DNA from: Gammaproteobacteria bacterium
GTDB taxonomy: Bacteria; Pseudomonadota; Gammaproteobacteria; JAJPIJ01
DNA length: 64,000 nucleotides
Assembly (NCBI GenBank): GCA_022071965.1
Contig: JAJVIQ010000021.1
Coordinates: 1,288 to 65,287, forward strand
Reading direction: 5' to 3'
Shown: piece by piece, positions 1-10,071 of the stretch
Numbering within the stretch: position 1 is the stretch's first letter
How the letters are laid out: each line of letters opens with the position of its first letter
Notes under the pieces: model-generated
What the model was told of the DNA's origin: nothing
What the model saw: only the letters and a program-made list of their open reading frames with translations
Database searches by the model: none
Program-made: the position numbers and the translations under genes

Positions 1-654
1 TGCCAACAGCGCGTAATCCACGGAGCCGAGGTGCGCGTGGCCGAGCCCCGCAATCGCCGTCAGCGGCACCGCGTGTGCCAGGTCGGTTCCGACTATTCGC
101 TTGGAATCCCAGTAGGGGTTGAGAAAAAACAGCATCACCGTGCCCAAGGCGCCGGCGCCGACCGAGGACATGGTAACCAGGACACCCAGTATTAGCCCGC
201 AGGTCACGGTTGCGGGCAGCTTGGTCTGCTTGTAGACGGCGCGCACGGGCGCCATGCGGTCCGCCTGCGCGAAGATCAGGATCCGGCTGCGAAAGATGAT
301 CGCGAGCGACGTCAGGATGAGCGCAATGCCGAGCGCCGAGGTGATCGCCCCCTGGTAGTCGATACCCCTGGATTGCAGCACCTTCAGCACGTAAACGGTG
401 ATCAGTGCCGCCGGCATGCTCCCGGTCAGCATGAGCCCCACGGTGCGCCAGTCCACGGTTCCCTTGTTGTTATGCACCCAGATCCCGCCGCCCTTGGTGA
501 TGGCCGCGTAGAGCAGGTCCGTACCTACCGCCAGCGATGGCTTGATCCCGAAGAAAAGGACCAGAATCGGGGTCATCAGGGAGCCCCCGCCCACCCCGGT
601 AAGCCCGACGACGAATCCGACGATGAAACCGGCAAGCGTAAAGGCAGGATCCAC
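1..654 (-). CDS. TauE/SafE (DUF81) family sulfite/anion exporter; 3' end runs off the window
   Basis: Not in the ORF track because it is open at the window edge. My translation of the minus strand from GTG at 654 (SD GGAGGAG at 660-666, 5-nt spacer) gives VDPAFTLAGFIVGFVVGLTGVGGGSLMTPILVLFFG... followed by further hydrophobic helices, as in TauE/SafE permeases. Divergent from cysB. Confidence 0.75.
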   Translation of the reverse strand, partial: MDPAFTLAGFIVGFVVGLTGVGGGSLMTPILVLFFGIKPSLAVGTDLLYAAITKGGGIWVHNNKGTVDWRTVGLMLTGSMPAALITVYVLKVLQSRGIDYQGAITSALGIALILTSLAIIFRSRILIFAQADRMAPVRAVYKQTKLPATVTCGLILGVLVTMSSVGAGALGTVMLFFLNPYWDSKRIVGTDLAHAVPLTAIAGLGHAHLGSVDYALLA

Positions 655-1748
<1,094 letters not shown>

Positions 1749-1789
1749 TACGGCAGCGTGCGCGGGGCGCGGCGGCCTGGGGGTCCCCG

Positions 1790-2125
1790 TTACAGAAGGT
1801 CCAGGCTCGGATCTCGGCTCATCAGTTCCCTGGCCTCGTCCTGTTCCGAAAGGCGTCGGTTCAGGACCTCCTTCGCGAACTGGAAATAGATGGTGTAAAT
1901 CCGCTCCGCGCCGTCATCGTCGCGCACGATGAAATACGGTGCCACGTCGATCCCGTGCCTGGCAGCCAGCCGCATCCCGACACTCTCCGGGTCGCGCTCG
2001 TCCGCAATAGTCACCGTGTCGATGAGGCCCAGTTGCCCGGATTCCCGCAGGCGCTGTTCGACCTCCACGCACTTGCGGCAAGGGCTGCCGTCGGCCTTGA
2101 TCTTCTTGACGAAGGTAATGTGCAT
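1790..2125 (-). CDS. Small thioredoxin/glutaredoxin-fold protein with CxxC (CRKC)
   Basis: 111 aa. 'GSPCRKCVEVEQRL' is a CxxC at the start of a helix after a beta strand (MHITFVKK), as in Grx/Trx folds. Lies 48 nt downstream of cysH on the same strand. Confidence 0.55.
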   Translation of the reverse strand: MHITFVKKIKADGSPCRKCVEVEQRLRESGQLGLIDTVTIADERDPESVGMRLAARHGIDVAPYFIVRDDDGAERIYTIYFQFAKEVLNRRLSEQDEARELMSRDPSLDLL

Positions 2126-2173
2126 GAAAGGCTATCCTACTCCGTCGTCCACGTCCGCGGAACCGCGTGCGCC

Positions 2174-2905
2174 CTACCGTTTGATCGGATTCCCGGCATG
2201 CAGGCCGCACTCCTTCTTGGTCTCCTCCTCCCACCACCAGCGACCTGCGCGCTCATGCTGATTCGGGAGAATGGCGCGGGTGCAGGGTTCGCAACCGATG
2301 CTGACGTATCCGCGCGCATGCAGTTCGTTGTACGGCACCTCGAACTCGCGGATGTACTCCCAGACCTGCGCGGAAGTCCAGTGAGCCAGCGGATTGAACT
2401 TGAGCAGCGGCCTGTCGGCCGTTCCGAAGGACTTGTCGTCCTCGATGACCTCGATCGCGAGGCGGGTACCCGGGCTCTGATCGCGGCGCTGTCCGGTGAT
2501 CCACGCGTCCAGCGTTGCGAGCTTGCGCCGCAAGGGCATCACCTTGCGGATCCCGCAGCATTCATGATGGCCATCGACGAAGAAGCTGTACATCCCTTTC
2601 TCGCGCACCAGTTTCTCGACCGCGGCGTGATCGGGGAACATTGCTTCGAAGCGAATGTCGTATCGCTCCCGAACGAGCTCCATGAACTTGTAGGTTTCCG
2701 GGTGCAATCGGCCCGTGTCCAGCGAAAAGACCTGCACACCCTTCCGCAGTCGGCTGGCCATGTCGACTAGGATGACGTCATCGGCGCCGCTGAATGAAAT
2801 GGCGATGTTGTCCACGTTCTCGAGCGCCAGACGCAGGATCTCCCGGGGGTGCTTGGCGGCATACTCGGATGCCAGTCTTTCCACGTCGGCGCGCGTGATC
2901 GCCAT
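2174..2905 (-). CDS. cysH: Assimilatory adenylyl-sulfate (APS)/PAPS reductase, Fe-S subclass
   Basis: 243 aa. C-terminal catalytic 'KKECGLHAG' motif, plus the Cys pairs 'HHECCGIRK' and 'GCEPCT' that mark the [4Fe-4S] APS-reductase type. Confidence 0.9.
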   Translation of the reverse strand: MAITRADVERLASEYAAKHPREILRLALENVDNIAISFSGADDVILVDMASRLRKGVQVFSLDTGRLHPETYKFMELVRERYDIRFEAMFPDHAAVEKLVREKGMYSFFVDGHHECCGIRKVMPLRRKLATLDAWITGQRRDQSPGTRLAIEVIEDDKSFGTADRPLLKFNPLAHWTSAQVWEYIREFEVPYNELHARGYVSIGCEPCTRAILPNQHERAGRWWWEEETKKECGLHAGNPIKR

Positions 2906-3056
2906 AAGCTGTCAGAATCCCCGGGGTCTAGGGTAGCGGGAGGGGCGGGCCGTAGGCCCGCCGGACCCCGGATTGTAATGGAATCGCGCGGGACCCGGAA
3001 CGGCGCAGCTGTGCGCTTCCCTGCAGGAACCGCCGGTCAGTGCATCCAGGGGTGTA

Positions 3057-4055
3057 TCAGGGTTGCCGGTTCAGCAGCTCGGCGGGCAGGTACGTCCCGT
3101 GCGCGGACAGATCGGTGAGCCGAAGGGAATCCGGGCTGAGTCGCTCGATGATCAGATGCAGACGCGAGATGTCCCGGAGCGTCGGACTGACCACGATATT
3201 GCAAATGGTGTCGCGGCCGATGATATTGCGCCCATTCTGCAGCACGTGCGACGTTCCGGTCTCGTCGATGAGCGTGAGCTCGTCCGCCGCCACGATGCGA
3301 AACCCATGGCGCGAGAGCATGAGTTCAATCACCTGACCCCGCTCCACGTCTATCACGACCACTTCGCCTTTCGGGAGGCGGGCGAAAGCGCTCTTCTTCG
3401 AAGAAGGCTGTGAACTGTTGCCGTGGGAATGCAGCATCACGGCCTCCCGGATCGCCGCCTCCGCCGGAGGCGTCTCCGGCTCCGGCTGCGAAACCGCCTT
3501 GGTGAGGTCGTCGGTCCGCAGGTCCAGTATCGGCTCCATGCCGAGGGCATGCTTCGTGCCTTCCTGCTTCGAGGCGCAGACGTGCTTGATGACCTCCTGC
3601 CGGGCAGCGAGGTACTGCATGTACTTCGCGAGCGCCACCTGCTGGAGCTCCTCGTATTCCTGGTCGCGCTCACGCAGCGCGCCGAGTATGTCGCGCCAGC
3701 CATGGTCGGCGGCAAACGATTCGATATCCATGCTGCGCAGGGCATGTCCTATCATCCCCGGGGTGCGCATGGCGGTGGAGAGCAGCTCCACGAGCTGCTG
3801 CTCCATGGATTTCAAGGTGTGGGACTCGCGGATGAGGTCATCGACGGGCAGCAGCATCAACTCGAGGAACTGACGGGCCGGCACGTCCGTCCTGCCGGCG
3901 AGGCTGAACTCAAATTCAGCCAGACTATTGAACGAAACGCGCTGGCCGCCCAGCTCGATGGTGAGGGGACGCGAGAAAAGCCGATTGAGCATGGTCGCGA
4001 AACTGTCCGGTTGCGTCCCCGAGGACCCGTATTTTGTAGGCGTATTTGGGCTCAT
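3057..4055 (-). CDS. FHA-domain protein with an uncharacterised ~230-aa N-terminal region
   Basis: C-terminal FHA signature '...NIIGRDTICNIVVSPTLRDISRLHLIIE...LTDLSAHGTYL'. I chose the start at ATG 4055 (MSPNTPTKY) over the tracked 4187, but it is uncertain because neither has a clear SD. Confidence 0.65.
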   Translation of the reverse strand: MSPNTPTKYGSSGTQPDSFATMLNRLFSRPLTIELGGQRVSFNSLAEFEFSLAGRTDVPARQFLELMLLPVDDLIRESHTLKSMEQQLVELLSTAMRTPGMIGHALRSMDIESFAADHGWRDILGALRERDQEYEELQQVALAKYMQYLAARQEVIKHVCASKQEGTKHALGMEPILDLRTDDLTKAVSQPEPETPPAEAAIREAVMLHSHGNSSQPSSKKSAFARLPKGEVVVIDVERGQVIELMLSRHGFRIVAADELTLIDETGTSHVLQNGRNIIGRDTICNIVVSPTLRDISRLHLIIERLSPDSLRLTDLSAHGTYLPAELLNRQP

Positions 4056-4215
4056 TGCCCAGCAAGTATAGTTGCCCAGACTTCGCGGCTTGAAGTTTAC
4101 ACCGTCACAAATCGTGAACCCAGTGTCAAGCCTTTGGCGGTCCGTCGGCCGCGCTCCGATCCACCCGCGCGCATACTCCCCGCCCATACCGGCCGGTCCG
4201 GGCGCCGCCGGGCGA

Positions 4216-5346
4216 CTACTCGGTCGATTTCACGCACGCCCCCGGGAGCTGCGATTCCGCCGCTGCGAGTTGCGCGAGACAGGCGCTGCGCTGCGGTCCC
4301 GGGAGTTGTCCGAGCCTCGCCGCCTGTTCGTAAAAGCGTGAGAGGTCGCCGCCGGAGAGCGCCAGCAGCGCGCGGAACGCCGGCACGGCGTCGTGGTACG
4401 TGGCCACGGCATTGAACTTGGCGTTGTTGAGGTCGCCGTAGGCCCAGCTGTCGTATGTGCGATCGCCACTCCAGCGCCGCCGCATTTTCGTGTACCGGGC
4501 GCGGAATCGATCGAGCGCGGCGTGCTTGCCCTGGCGCTTGGCGGTCGCCTCGGCGGTGGAATCGTACAACGACTCGAGCTCGCTGCGGGTCTCGAGGATC
4601 AGGCGCACGAACTCCCTTTCGCGCTCCTCCTCTTTTTGCAGCCGGTCGGCCTCATCGTGCGTGACGCGGGTCGCTAGCCATCGCTCGAGGCCGACCTCCG
4701 CGACGGTCTCGGCGAACGCCTCGTTGAAGGCGGTATCGTTCTTTACGTACAACCGCTGATGTGCGAGTTCGTGAAACAGGAATTTGGCCAGTTGGGCCTC
4801 GTCCCAGTCGAGCATGGTGTTGAGCACCGGATCGTCGAACCAGCCGAGAGTCGAGTAGGCCGCGACGCCGCCCACGTAAACGTCCATGCCGCCGGCCTTC
4901 AGCTGCGCGGCATACCGCCGCGCCATGCGTTCGCTGAAGTAGCCACGATAGTCGAGGCAGCCGACCACCAGGAAACACGAGCGCACCGGTTTGAACGACA
5001 GTTCCGGCGTGGCGAACACGTTGTAGATGACGAAGCGGCGCTGCAGATCGGCGTAGCTGCGATAGCTGCCGTTGTCGGGGAGGCCCAGCGAGGTCACGGC
5101 GAACTCCCGCATCTGCTGTACACGCCGGAGCTGCGTGCGGCGTTCGGCCGGCTCGCCGGGGTCGGCCGCCGCCGCCGTGATCGGGCGTCGCTTCGCCAGC
5201 ACCTCCAGTTGACCGGTAACGGACTGGGCGTAATAGGCCATGGTGCCGCAGGCCTGAAGGGCGAGGCAGGTCGTGACCAGGAACGCGGCGCGCCAAAGCC
5301 GCGGGGGAGGGCGTGCAGCGGTCGAGAAATGCCATCCCGGTATCAT
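4216..5346 (-). CDS. Predicted zinc aminopeptidase (COG4324-like), probable lipoprotein
   Basis: 376 aa. N-terminal signal with 'LALQAC' lipobox-like Cys. 'FHELAHQ' HExxH zinc motif in the context typical of the 'putative aminopeptidase' family. Confidence 0.65.
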   Translation of the reverse strand: MIPGWHFSTAARPPPRLWRAAFLVTTCLALQACGTMAYYAQSVTGQLEVLAKRRPITAAAADPGEPAERRTQLRRVQQMREFAVTSLGLPDNGSYRSYADLQRRFVIYNVFATPELSFKPVRSCFLVVGCLDYRGYFSERMARRYAAQLKAGGMDVYVGGVAAYSTLGWFDDPVLNTMLDWDEAQLAKFLFHELAHQRLYVKNDTAFNEAFAETVAEVGLERWLATRVTHDEADRLQKEEEREREFVRLILETRSELESLYDSTAEATAKRQGKHAALDRFRARYTKMRRRWSGDRTYDSWAYGDLNNAKFNAVATYHDAVPAFRALLALSGGDLSRFYEQAARLGQLPGPQRSACLAQLAAAESQLPGACVKSTE

Positions 5347-5395
5347 CGCCGCGCATAGTAAATTAGTATCATGAAAGCATCATCGGCGAATTTGC

Positions 5396-6223
5396 ATGCC
5401 TACGACTCTCATCGATTGCGCGACGCTGCAGGGCTCGCTCGGACGCCCCGACTGGATAGTCGTGGATTGCCGGTTCGACCTGGCCGACACGACCGCCGGT
5501 CGTCGCGCTTATCTCGACGCGCACATCCCCGGCGCGCCTTATGCCGATCTGGACGTGGACTTGAGCGGGCCGAAACGCGCCGGCGCGGGGCGACATCCGC
5601 TGCCGGCGGCGCAGCGTATGCGAGAGGTCTTCGGGCGGCTCGGGATCGGGCCGCGGGCGCAGGTCGTGACCTACGATGCCGCGGGCGGCACGCTGGCGGC
5701 AGCGCGGTTGTGGTGGATGCTGCGGTACATGGGCCACGATGCGGTGGCGGTGCTGGAGGGGGGCTGGGCCGCCTGGCTGGCGACCGGATCCCCCACGGAG
5801 GCCGGCGATCGACGCGTGGCGCCAGTCCATTTCGAGGGGGAGCCTCGGAGCGAGCGGATCGTGTCGATTGATGCGGTCCGGCATGCGAGACCGCTCATCG
5901 ATGCGCGCGATCCGGCCCGCTACCGCGGTGAGGTCGAGCCCATCGATCCCGTTGCGGGCCATATTCCCGGAGCCGCGAATCATTTCTGCAGGAACAACCT
6001 CGACGCGTCGGGCAATTTTCGGCCGCGGGAGGAATTGAGGGCCATGCTGGGGCCATTGCTGGAGTCGGCCCCGGGCCCGGCGACGTTTTATTGCGGCTCC
6101 GGCGTGACCGCCTGTCACAACATACTGGCGAGCGTGCACGCGGGCTACGCGGAGCCTCGACTGTACCCGGGTTCGTGGAGCGAGTGGTGCGCGGATCCCT
6201 CCAGGCCGGTTGCCCGCGGCTGA
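5396..6223 (+). CDS. sseA: 3-mercaptopyruvate/thiosulfate sulfurtransferase (tandem rhodanese)
   Basis: 275 aa with two rhodanese halves. Active-site loop 'YCGSGVTACH'. N-terminal part 'YLDAHIPGAPYADLD' is typical of SseA/TST. Confidence 0.85.
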   Translation: MPTTLIDCATLQGSLGRPDWIVVDCRFDLADTTAGRRAYLDAHIPGAPYADLDVDLSGPKRAGAGRHPLPAAQRMREVFGRLGIGPRAQVVTYDAAGGTLAAARLWWMLRYMGHDAVAVLEGGWAAWLATGSPTEAGDRRVAPVHFEGEPRSERIVSIDAVRHARPLIDARDPARYRGEVEPIDPVAGHIPGAANHFCRNNLDASGNFRPREELRAMLGPLLESAPGPATFYCGSGVTACHNILASVHAGYAEPRLYPGSWSEWCADPSRPVARG

Positions 6224-6269
6224 GCACGTTGCCGGCCGCAGCTCGAGAGGCTGCGGCACCGGAATCGAC

Positions 6270-8297
6270 ATGGCGAGAGATCGGAGCGAGCAGATGAGCC
6301 AACGGAAGACGCGCAACGGTTTTCGCAGTGTCCTGCTCTGCTGTGCGCTGGGCCTGCAAGGCGTCGCCGGTGAAGCCGCTGCGGCGGCGCGCGAGGTGAT
6401 CGTCATCTTCGACCTGCCGGCAGAGGCGCGGGAACCGGAAGTGCTGGGCAGGGCGGCCACCAGCCTGGCCGCAGCGTTGCCCCCGGGCAGCCGCCTGGGG
6501 GCCGTCGCGTCCGATGGCCAGAACGCGAGGCTGATTACCGCGCTCGCGGAGCCCCGGGCGGCGGGCGAGGCGATAGCGAACGCAGCCCGCGAGATGATGA
6601 CGGCTGCGGACAAAGATCCGGCGGCTGCGCTGGAGCGGGCGCTCTACGAGTTGCGCATCGACGGTCGAGACGACGCATTGCCCGCCGTCGTGATGGTGAG
6701 CGACGGCAGAACGCTGATGGCCGGCGACGCGGCGGCCGAACGCCGCGCGTGGATGCTGGGGTCGCTGGCGGCGGAGGCGCAGCGCAATCACGCGCCGGTT
6801 TATGTCGTTGCCGTCTCCACCGCTGCCGACATGGCGGTGTTGCAGCCGCTCGCGCGCGCCACCGGTGCGGATTACTTTCGTGCCGAATCCGCCGCCCGGA
6901 TACCGGAAATGATGGCGCAGGTCGGTGCGGCCCTGGCAGAGGAGGATCTGCCCGCGGCCGTCGCCGCGGGCCGGACCCAGCCTGAACCTCCTTCCGTCGC
7001 GGACGCCGCCCCGCCTCCGGCGGCTCCGGCCGCCATGGCACTGCCCGTGGCGGATGTGGCCGCGGTCCATCCGGCGCCCGCAGCCGGCGCGTTGGCTGGG
7101 CAGGTGCTCGCTGGCGTCGTCGGCGCCGGGATCGCACTGGCCGCGGTGGCGGCCATGAGGGTGGCCCGCCGGCGTCGCAAGGCGCTGCCGGGTCCCGCGC
7201 CCCAGGCGCCGCAGGGGGCCGGGATGGTGGAGCAGGTCAAGGCTGTCCCGGCCGCCGCCCCGGCGGCATACCTCAACGATCTTCGCGGCACGACCCAGTT
7301 CAGCCGATATGCGCTCGGCACACGGCCCGTGGTCATTGGCCGCTCGCCCGGCAAGGACACCCGGAATTTCGATTACATCACCGCGACGCTCAATACCGTG
7401 AGCCGGCGCCACGCGGTCATCGAGTATCGCGACGGCTCCTACTGGGCCATCGATCAGGGGAGCGTCAACGGGACCAGGATCAATGGCCAGAGGATCCAGG
7501 GCGCCAGGCGCCTCTGCCATGGTGACCGCATCGCCTTGCACCGATGCGAGCTGCAATTCGAGCTCGCCGAGGTCGGCCGCGAGCCCTCCGGGACCACGGC
7601 TGGCGACGGGCACGCGCCCACGCAGGCCGTGACCACGCAGCCCGGCCGTCGCGCGGCCATCCTGTCCGAGACCCTGATCGTGCCCGCCGCCGGCGTACCC
7701 AACCAGACCACCCCGAAGACGGTGAGAAGCGTCCCGGGCGCAGGGAGCGGCAATGACGACGTGCGCACCGTGGCCGCCGCTGACGAGGAACGGGCGGCGA
7801 CCTTGCTCACGGCGGTGAGCGGCCCAGCGGACGCACCGGCCTCCGGTGCCGCCGCGGGCGCCCTGAACTCATTCATCAGCACCACGCTGCTGCGGGCGGC
7901 GACCACCGAGCAGTCGCCGCCTCCGCCAGTCCCGCCGGCGAAACCCGCTGAACCGGTTAGCCTGTTCTCCACGCTCGGTACCGGCCCGGGGGAGATGAGC
8001 ATCGAGGACTTCCTCGGATCGGACATCGTGGCGGAAGATCCCGCCGCGGCTCCGCCGCCGCACCTGCTCGCGACCCAGCCGCTCACCGACAGCAGCCCTC
8101 CGCATGGGCCCGGCAACAGCGGGCGCTACGGCGACACCATCAAACTCGCGGTGGATGATTCCGCGCAGCCTGATGCCACCACGACGTCGCTCGAAGAACT
8201 GCTTCGGGCCTTCGAGCAGCAGAAGGGCCCGGGGGATCCGTCGCAGCCGGGTGTTCCCGCCGCCGGCAAGAGCGGCGGCACAGGGCGCGAGTCGTGA
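6270..8297 (+). CDS. Membrane-anchored vWA-like / FHA-domain protein with long Pro/Ala-rich tail
   Basis: Signal/TM 'FRSVLLCCALGLQGVAG'. vWA-like strand pattern (VIVIFDL..., AVVMVSDGR, PVYVVAVS) without a DxSxS MIDAS. TM 'LAGVVGAGIALAAVAAM' then RRRR. FHA 'VVIGRSPG...VSRRHAVIEY...GSVNGTRINGQ'. About 225 aa of low-complexity C-terminus. Start at 6270 is chosen inside tracked ORF 6210. Confidence 0.7.
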   Translation: MARDRSEQMSQRKTRNGFRSVLLCCALGLQGVAGEAAAAAREVIVIFDLPAEAREPEVLGRAATSLAAALPPGSRLGAVASDGQNARLITALAEPRAAGEAIANAAREMMTAADKDPAAALERALYELRIDGRDDALPAVVMVSDGRTLMAGDAAAERRAWMLGSLAAEAQRNHAPVYVVAVSTAADMAVLQPLARATGADYFRAESAARIPEMMAQVGAALAEEDLPAAVAAGRTQPEPPSVADAAPPPAAPAAMALPVADVAAVHPAPAAGALAGQVLAGVVGAGIALAAVAAMRVARRRRKALPGPAPQAPQGAGMVEQVKAVPAAAPAAYLNDLRGTTQFSRYALGTRPVVIGRSPGKDTRNFDYITATLNTVSRRHAVIEYRDGSYWAIDQGSVNGTRINGQRIQGARRLCHGDRIALHRCELQFELAEVGREPSGTTAGDGHAPTQAVTTQPGRRAAILSETLIVPAAGVPNQTTPKTVRSVPGAGSGNDDVRTVAAADEERAATLLTAVSGPADAPASGAAAGALNSFISTTLLRAATTEQSPPPPVPPAKPAEPVSLFSTLGTGPGEMSIEDFLGSDIVAEDPAAAPPPHLLATQPLTDSSPPHGPGNSGRYGDTIKLAVDDSAQPDATTTSLEELLRAFEQQKGPGDPSQPGVPAAGKSGGTGRES

Positions 8298-8326
8298 GCG
8301 GCCGACCGGGGTAGGAAGCGTCGGCA

Positions 8327-9331
8327 TTGCGATTCGTCTCCACCACCGGGGAGGACCGGCGATGGCGCCTGCTATCCCTTATCGCAGACGGCGCCGTGCA
8401 TTCCGGCGCCGCTATCGCGCGTCACCTTCGCCTCAGCCGCACTGCGGTGTGGCAGCAGGTGCATGCCCTGCAGGCCCTGGGTCTCGTGATCGACGCGGAG
8501 CGCGGATCGGGCTACCGGCTCGCCGGCGGAATCGATCTGTTCGATGTCTCTGGCATTCATTCCATGCTGTCTGCCGAGGCGCGTCGCACCCTGCGCGGTC
8601 TGCGCCTGTATTTTGAAACGGATTCGACCAATCAGCGTCTTCTCGATCTGGCACGCGCTGAAGATGTTCACGCGCAGGTCTGCCTCGCGGAGATCCAGAC
8701 CGCGGGCCGCGGCCGTCGCGGCCGCCGCTGGCTGGGCAGCGCCGGGGGCGATGTGGCCCTGTCGCTGGCGTGGCGTTTCAATGCGGCCCTGGAGGCGCTG
8801 GCGGGCCTCAGTCTGGCGGCGGGGATAGCGGTGCACCGCGCCTTGTCCAGGTTGGGCGTCGACGATGGTCTGATGCTGAAATGGCCGAACGACGTTGTCT
8901 TCCGTCAGCAGAAGCTCGCGGGGATCCTCGTGGAGATCCAGGGTGAGATGGGCGGACCGTGCCTCGCCGTCATCGGGATCGGGCTCAACGTCGATCTGCC
9001 GGCTGCCGTCAGGGCCGAGGTGCAGCAGCCGGTCACCGATCTGAAGTCGGCGCTGGGAACGGTTCCGACGCGCAATGCGATCGTGGCGCAGCTCCTGGGT
9101 GAGCTCGTCGGAGTCCTGCGCGAATTCGAGGCGCGCGGATTCGGGGCGTTCGCGGAGGAATGGGCGCGCCTGGATGCGGCATATGGCCGCGAGGTGGACG
9201 TGCACCTGCCTTCCGGCGTTGCCCACGGCGTTGCCATGGGCGTCACGGAAGACGGCGCGTTGCGTCTCAACGTGGCGGGCGCGGACCGGCGCCTGCACTC
9301 CGGGGAGGTCAGCCTGAGGTTCCCGCCGTGA
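8327..9331 (+). CDS. birA: Bifunctional biotin--[acetyl-CoA-carboxylase] ligase / biotin operon repressor
   Basis: 334 aa. N-terminal wHTH 'LLSLIADGAVHSGAAIARHLRLSRTAVWQQVHALQALG'. Ligase core 'QTAGRGRRGRRW' (GRGRxGR motif). Start (TTG) is uncertain. Confidence 0.85.
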   Translation: MRFVSTTGEDRRWRLLSLIADGAVHSGAAIARHLRLSRTAVWQQVHALQALGLVIDAERGSGYRLAGGIDLFDVSGIHSMLSAEARRTLRGLRLYFETDSTNQRLLDLARAEDVHAQVCLAEIQTAGRGRRGRRWLGSAGGDVALSLAWRFNAALEALAGLSLAAGIAVHRALSRLGVDDGLMLKWPNDVVFRQQKLAGILVEIQGEMGGPCLAVIGIGLNVDLPAAVRAEVQQPVTDLKSALGTVPTRNAIVAQLLGELVGVLREFEARGFGAFAEEWARLDAAYGREVDVHLPSGVAHGVAMGVTEDGALRLNVAGADRRLHSGEVSLRFPP

Positions 9332-10071
9332 TCCTGCTCGTCGATACCGGCAACAGCCGCATCAAGTGGACGATCTGTCGCGACGGCGCTCTGGCCCCCG
9401 GGGAGGCCGCCACGTGGGTGGGGGCCGACCTCGCGGCGCTGTTCGAGCACGCCTGGGGTCGCCTGCGACCGGTGCGGGCGATTTGGGTCGCCAATGTCAG
9501 CGGGCCGGGATTCGAGCACGCGCTGAACGATTATGCGCAACGACGGCTCGGCCTTACACCGCGGTACGTGCGCAGCTCGGCCGAACTGGGGGGCATCAGC
9601 AACACCTACGTCCCCCCGGAGCGGCTGGGTGTCGACCGGCTCCTCGCGATGATTGCCGCCCGCCGGACCCGCACCGGCCCGGTGATGGTCGCCGATTGCG
9701 GGACGGCCGTGACCGTGGACTTCGTGGACGCTGCCGGAAGTTTCGGGGGCGGCGTCATTGCCCCGGGCCTGGCGCTCATGCACGACGCCCTGAGCCGTGG
9801 CACGCATGCATTGCCGCTGGTGGAGCCGGGGGCAGATCCGGTCCTCGCCTTGTCCACCGACGGCGCAATGGCCTCCGGGTGCCTCCTCGCCATCGCTGGC
9901 CTCATCGGGATGGTCGCCAACGAAATCAAGGCCAGAACAGGCCTGGCTCCTGAGTGTGTACTTACCGGCGGCGATGCGCCGAGGGTCATTCCGAAGCTGC
10001 CCATGGCATGCCATCATGACCCTGATCTGGTATTGAGAGGGCTGGCCGTGCTGGCCGGCGAGACGGAATGA
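9328..10071 (+). CDS. coaX: Type III pantothenate kinase
   Basis: GTG at 9328 overlaps the birA stop (GTGA). 'VILLVDTGNSRIKW' is the CoaX N-terminal phosphate-1 motif, and '...VADCGTAVTVD...' also fits. birA-coaX synteny is conserved. Confidence 0.85.
   Translation: MILLVDTGNSRIKWTICRDGALAPGEAATWVGADLAALFEHAWGRLRPVRAIWVANVSGPGFEHALNDYAQRRLGLTPRYVRSSAELGGISNTYVPPERLGVDRLLAMIAARRTRTGPVMVADCGTAVTVDFVDAAGSFGGGVIAPGLALMHDALSRGTHALPLVEPGADPVLALSTDGAMASGCLLAIAGLIGMVANEIKARTGLAPECVLTGGDAPRVIPKLPMACHHDPDLVLRGLAVLAGETE

Noticed and set aside
5369-7613. Overlapping 414-aa and 572-aa minus-strand ORFs
   Set aside because: They are antisense to sseA and the vWA-FHA gene. The sequences are Arg/Pro/Ala/Gly-rich and unrecognisable. 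Real genes already account for the DNA on the other strand.
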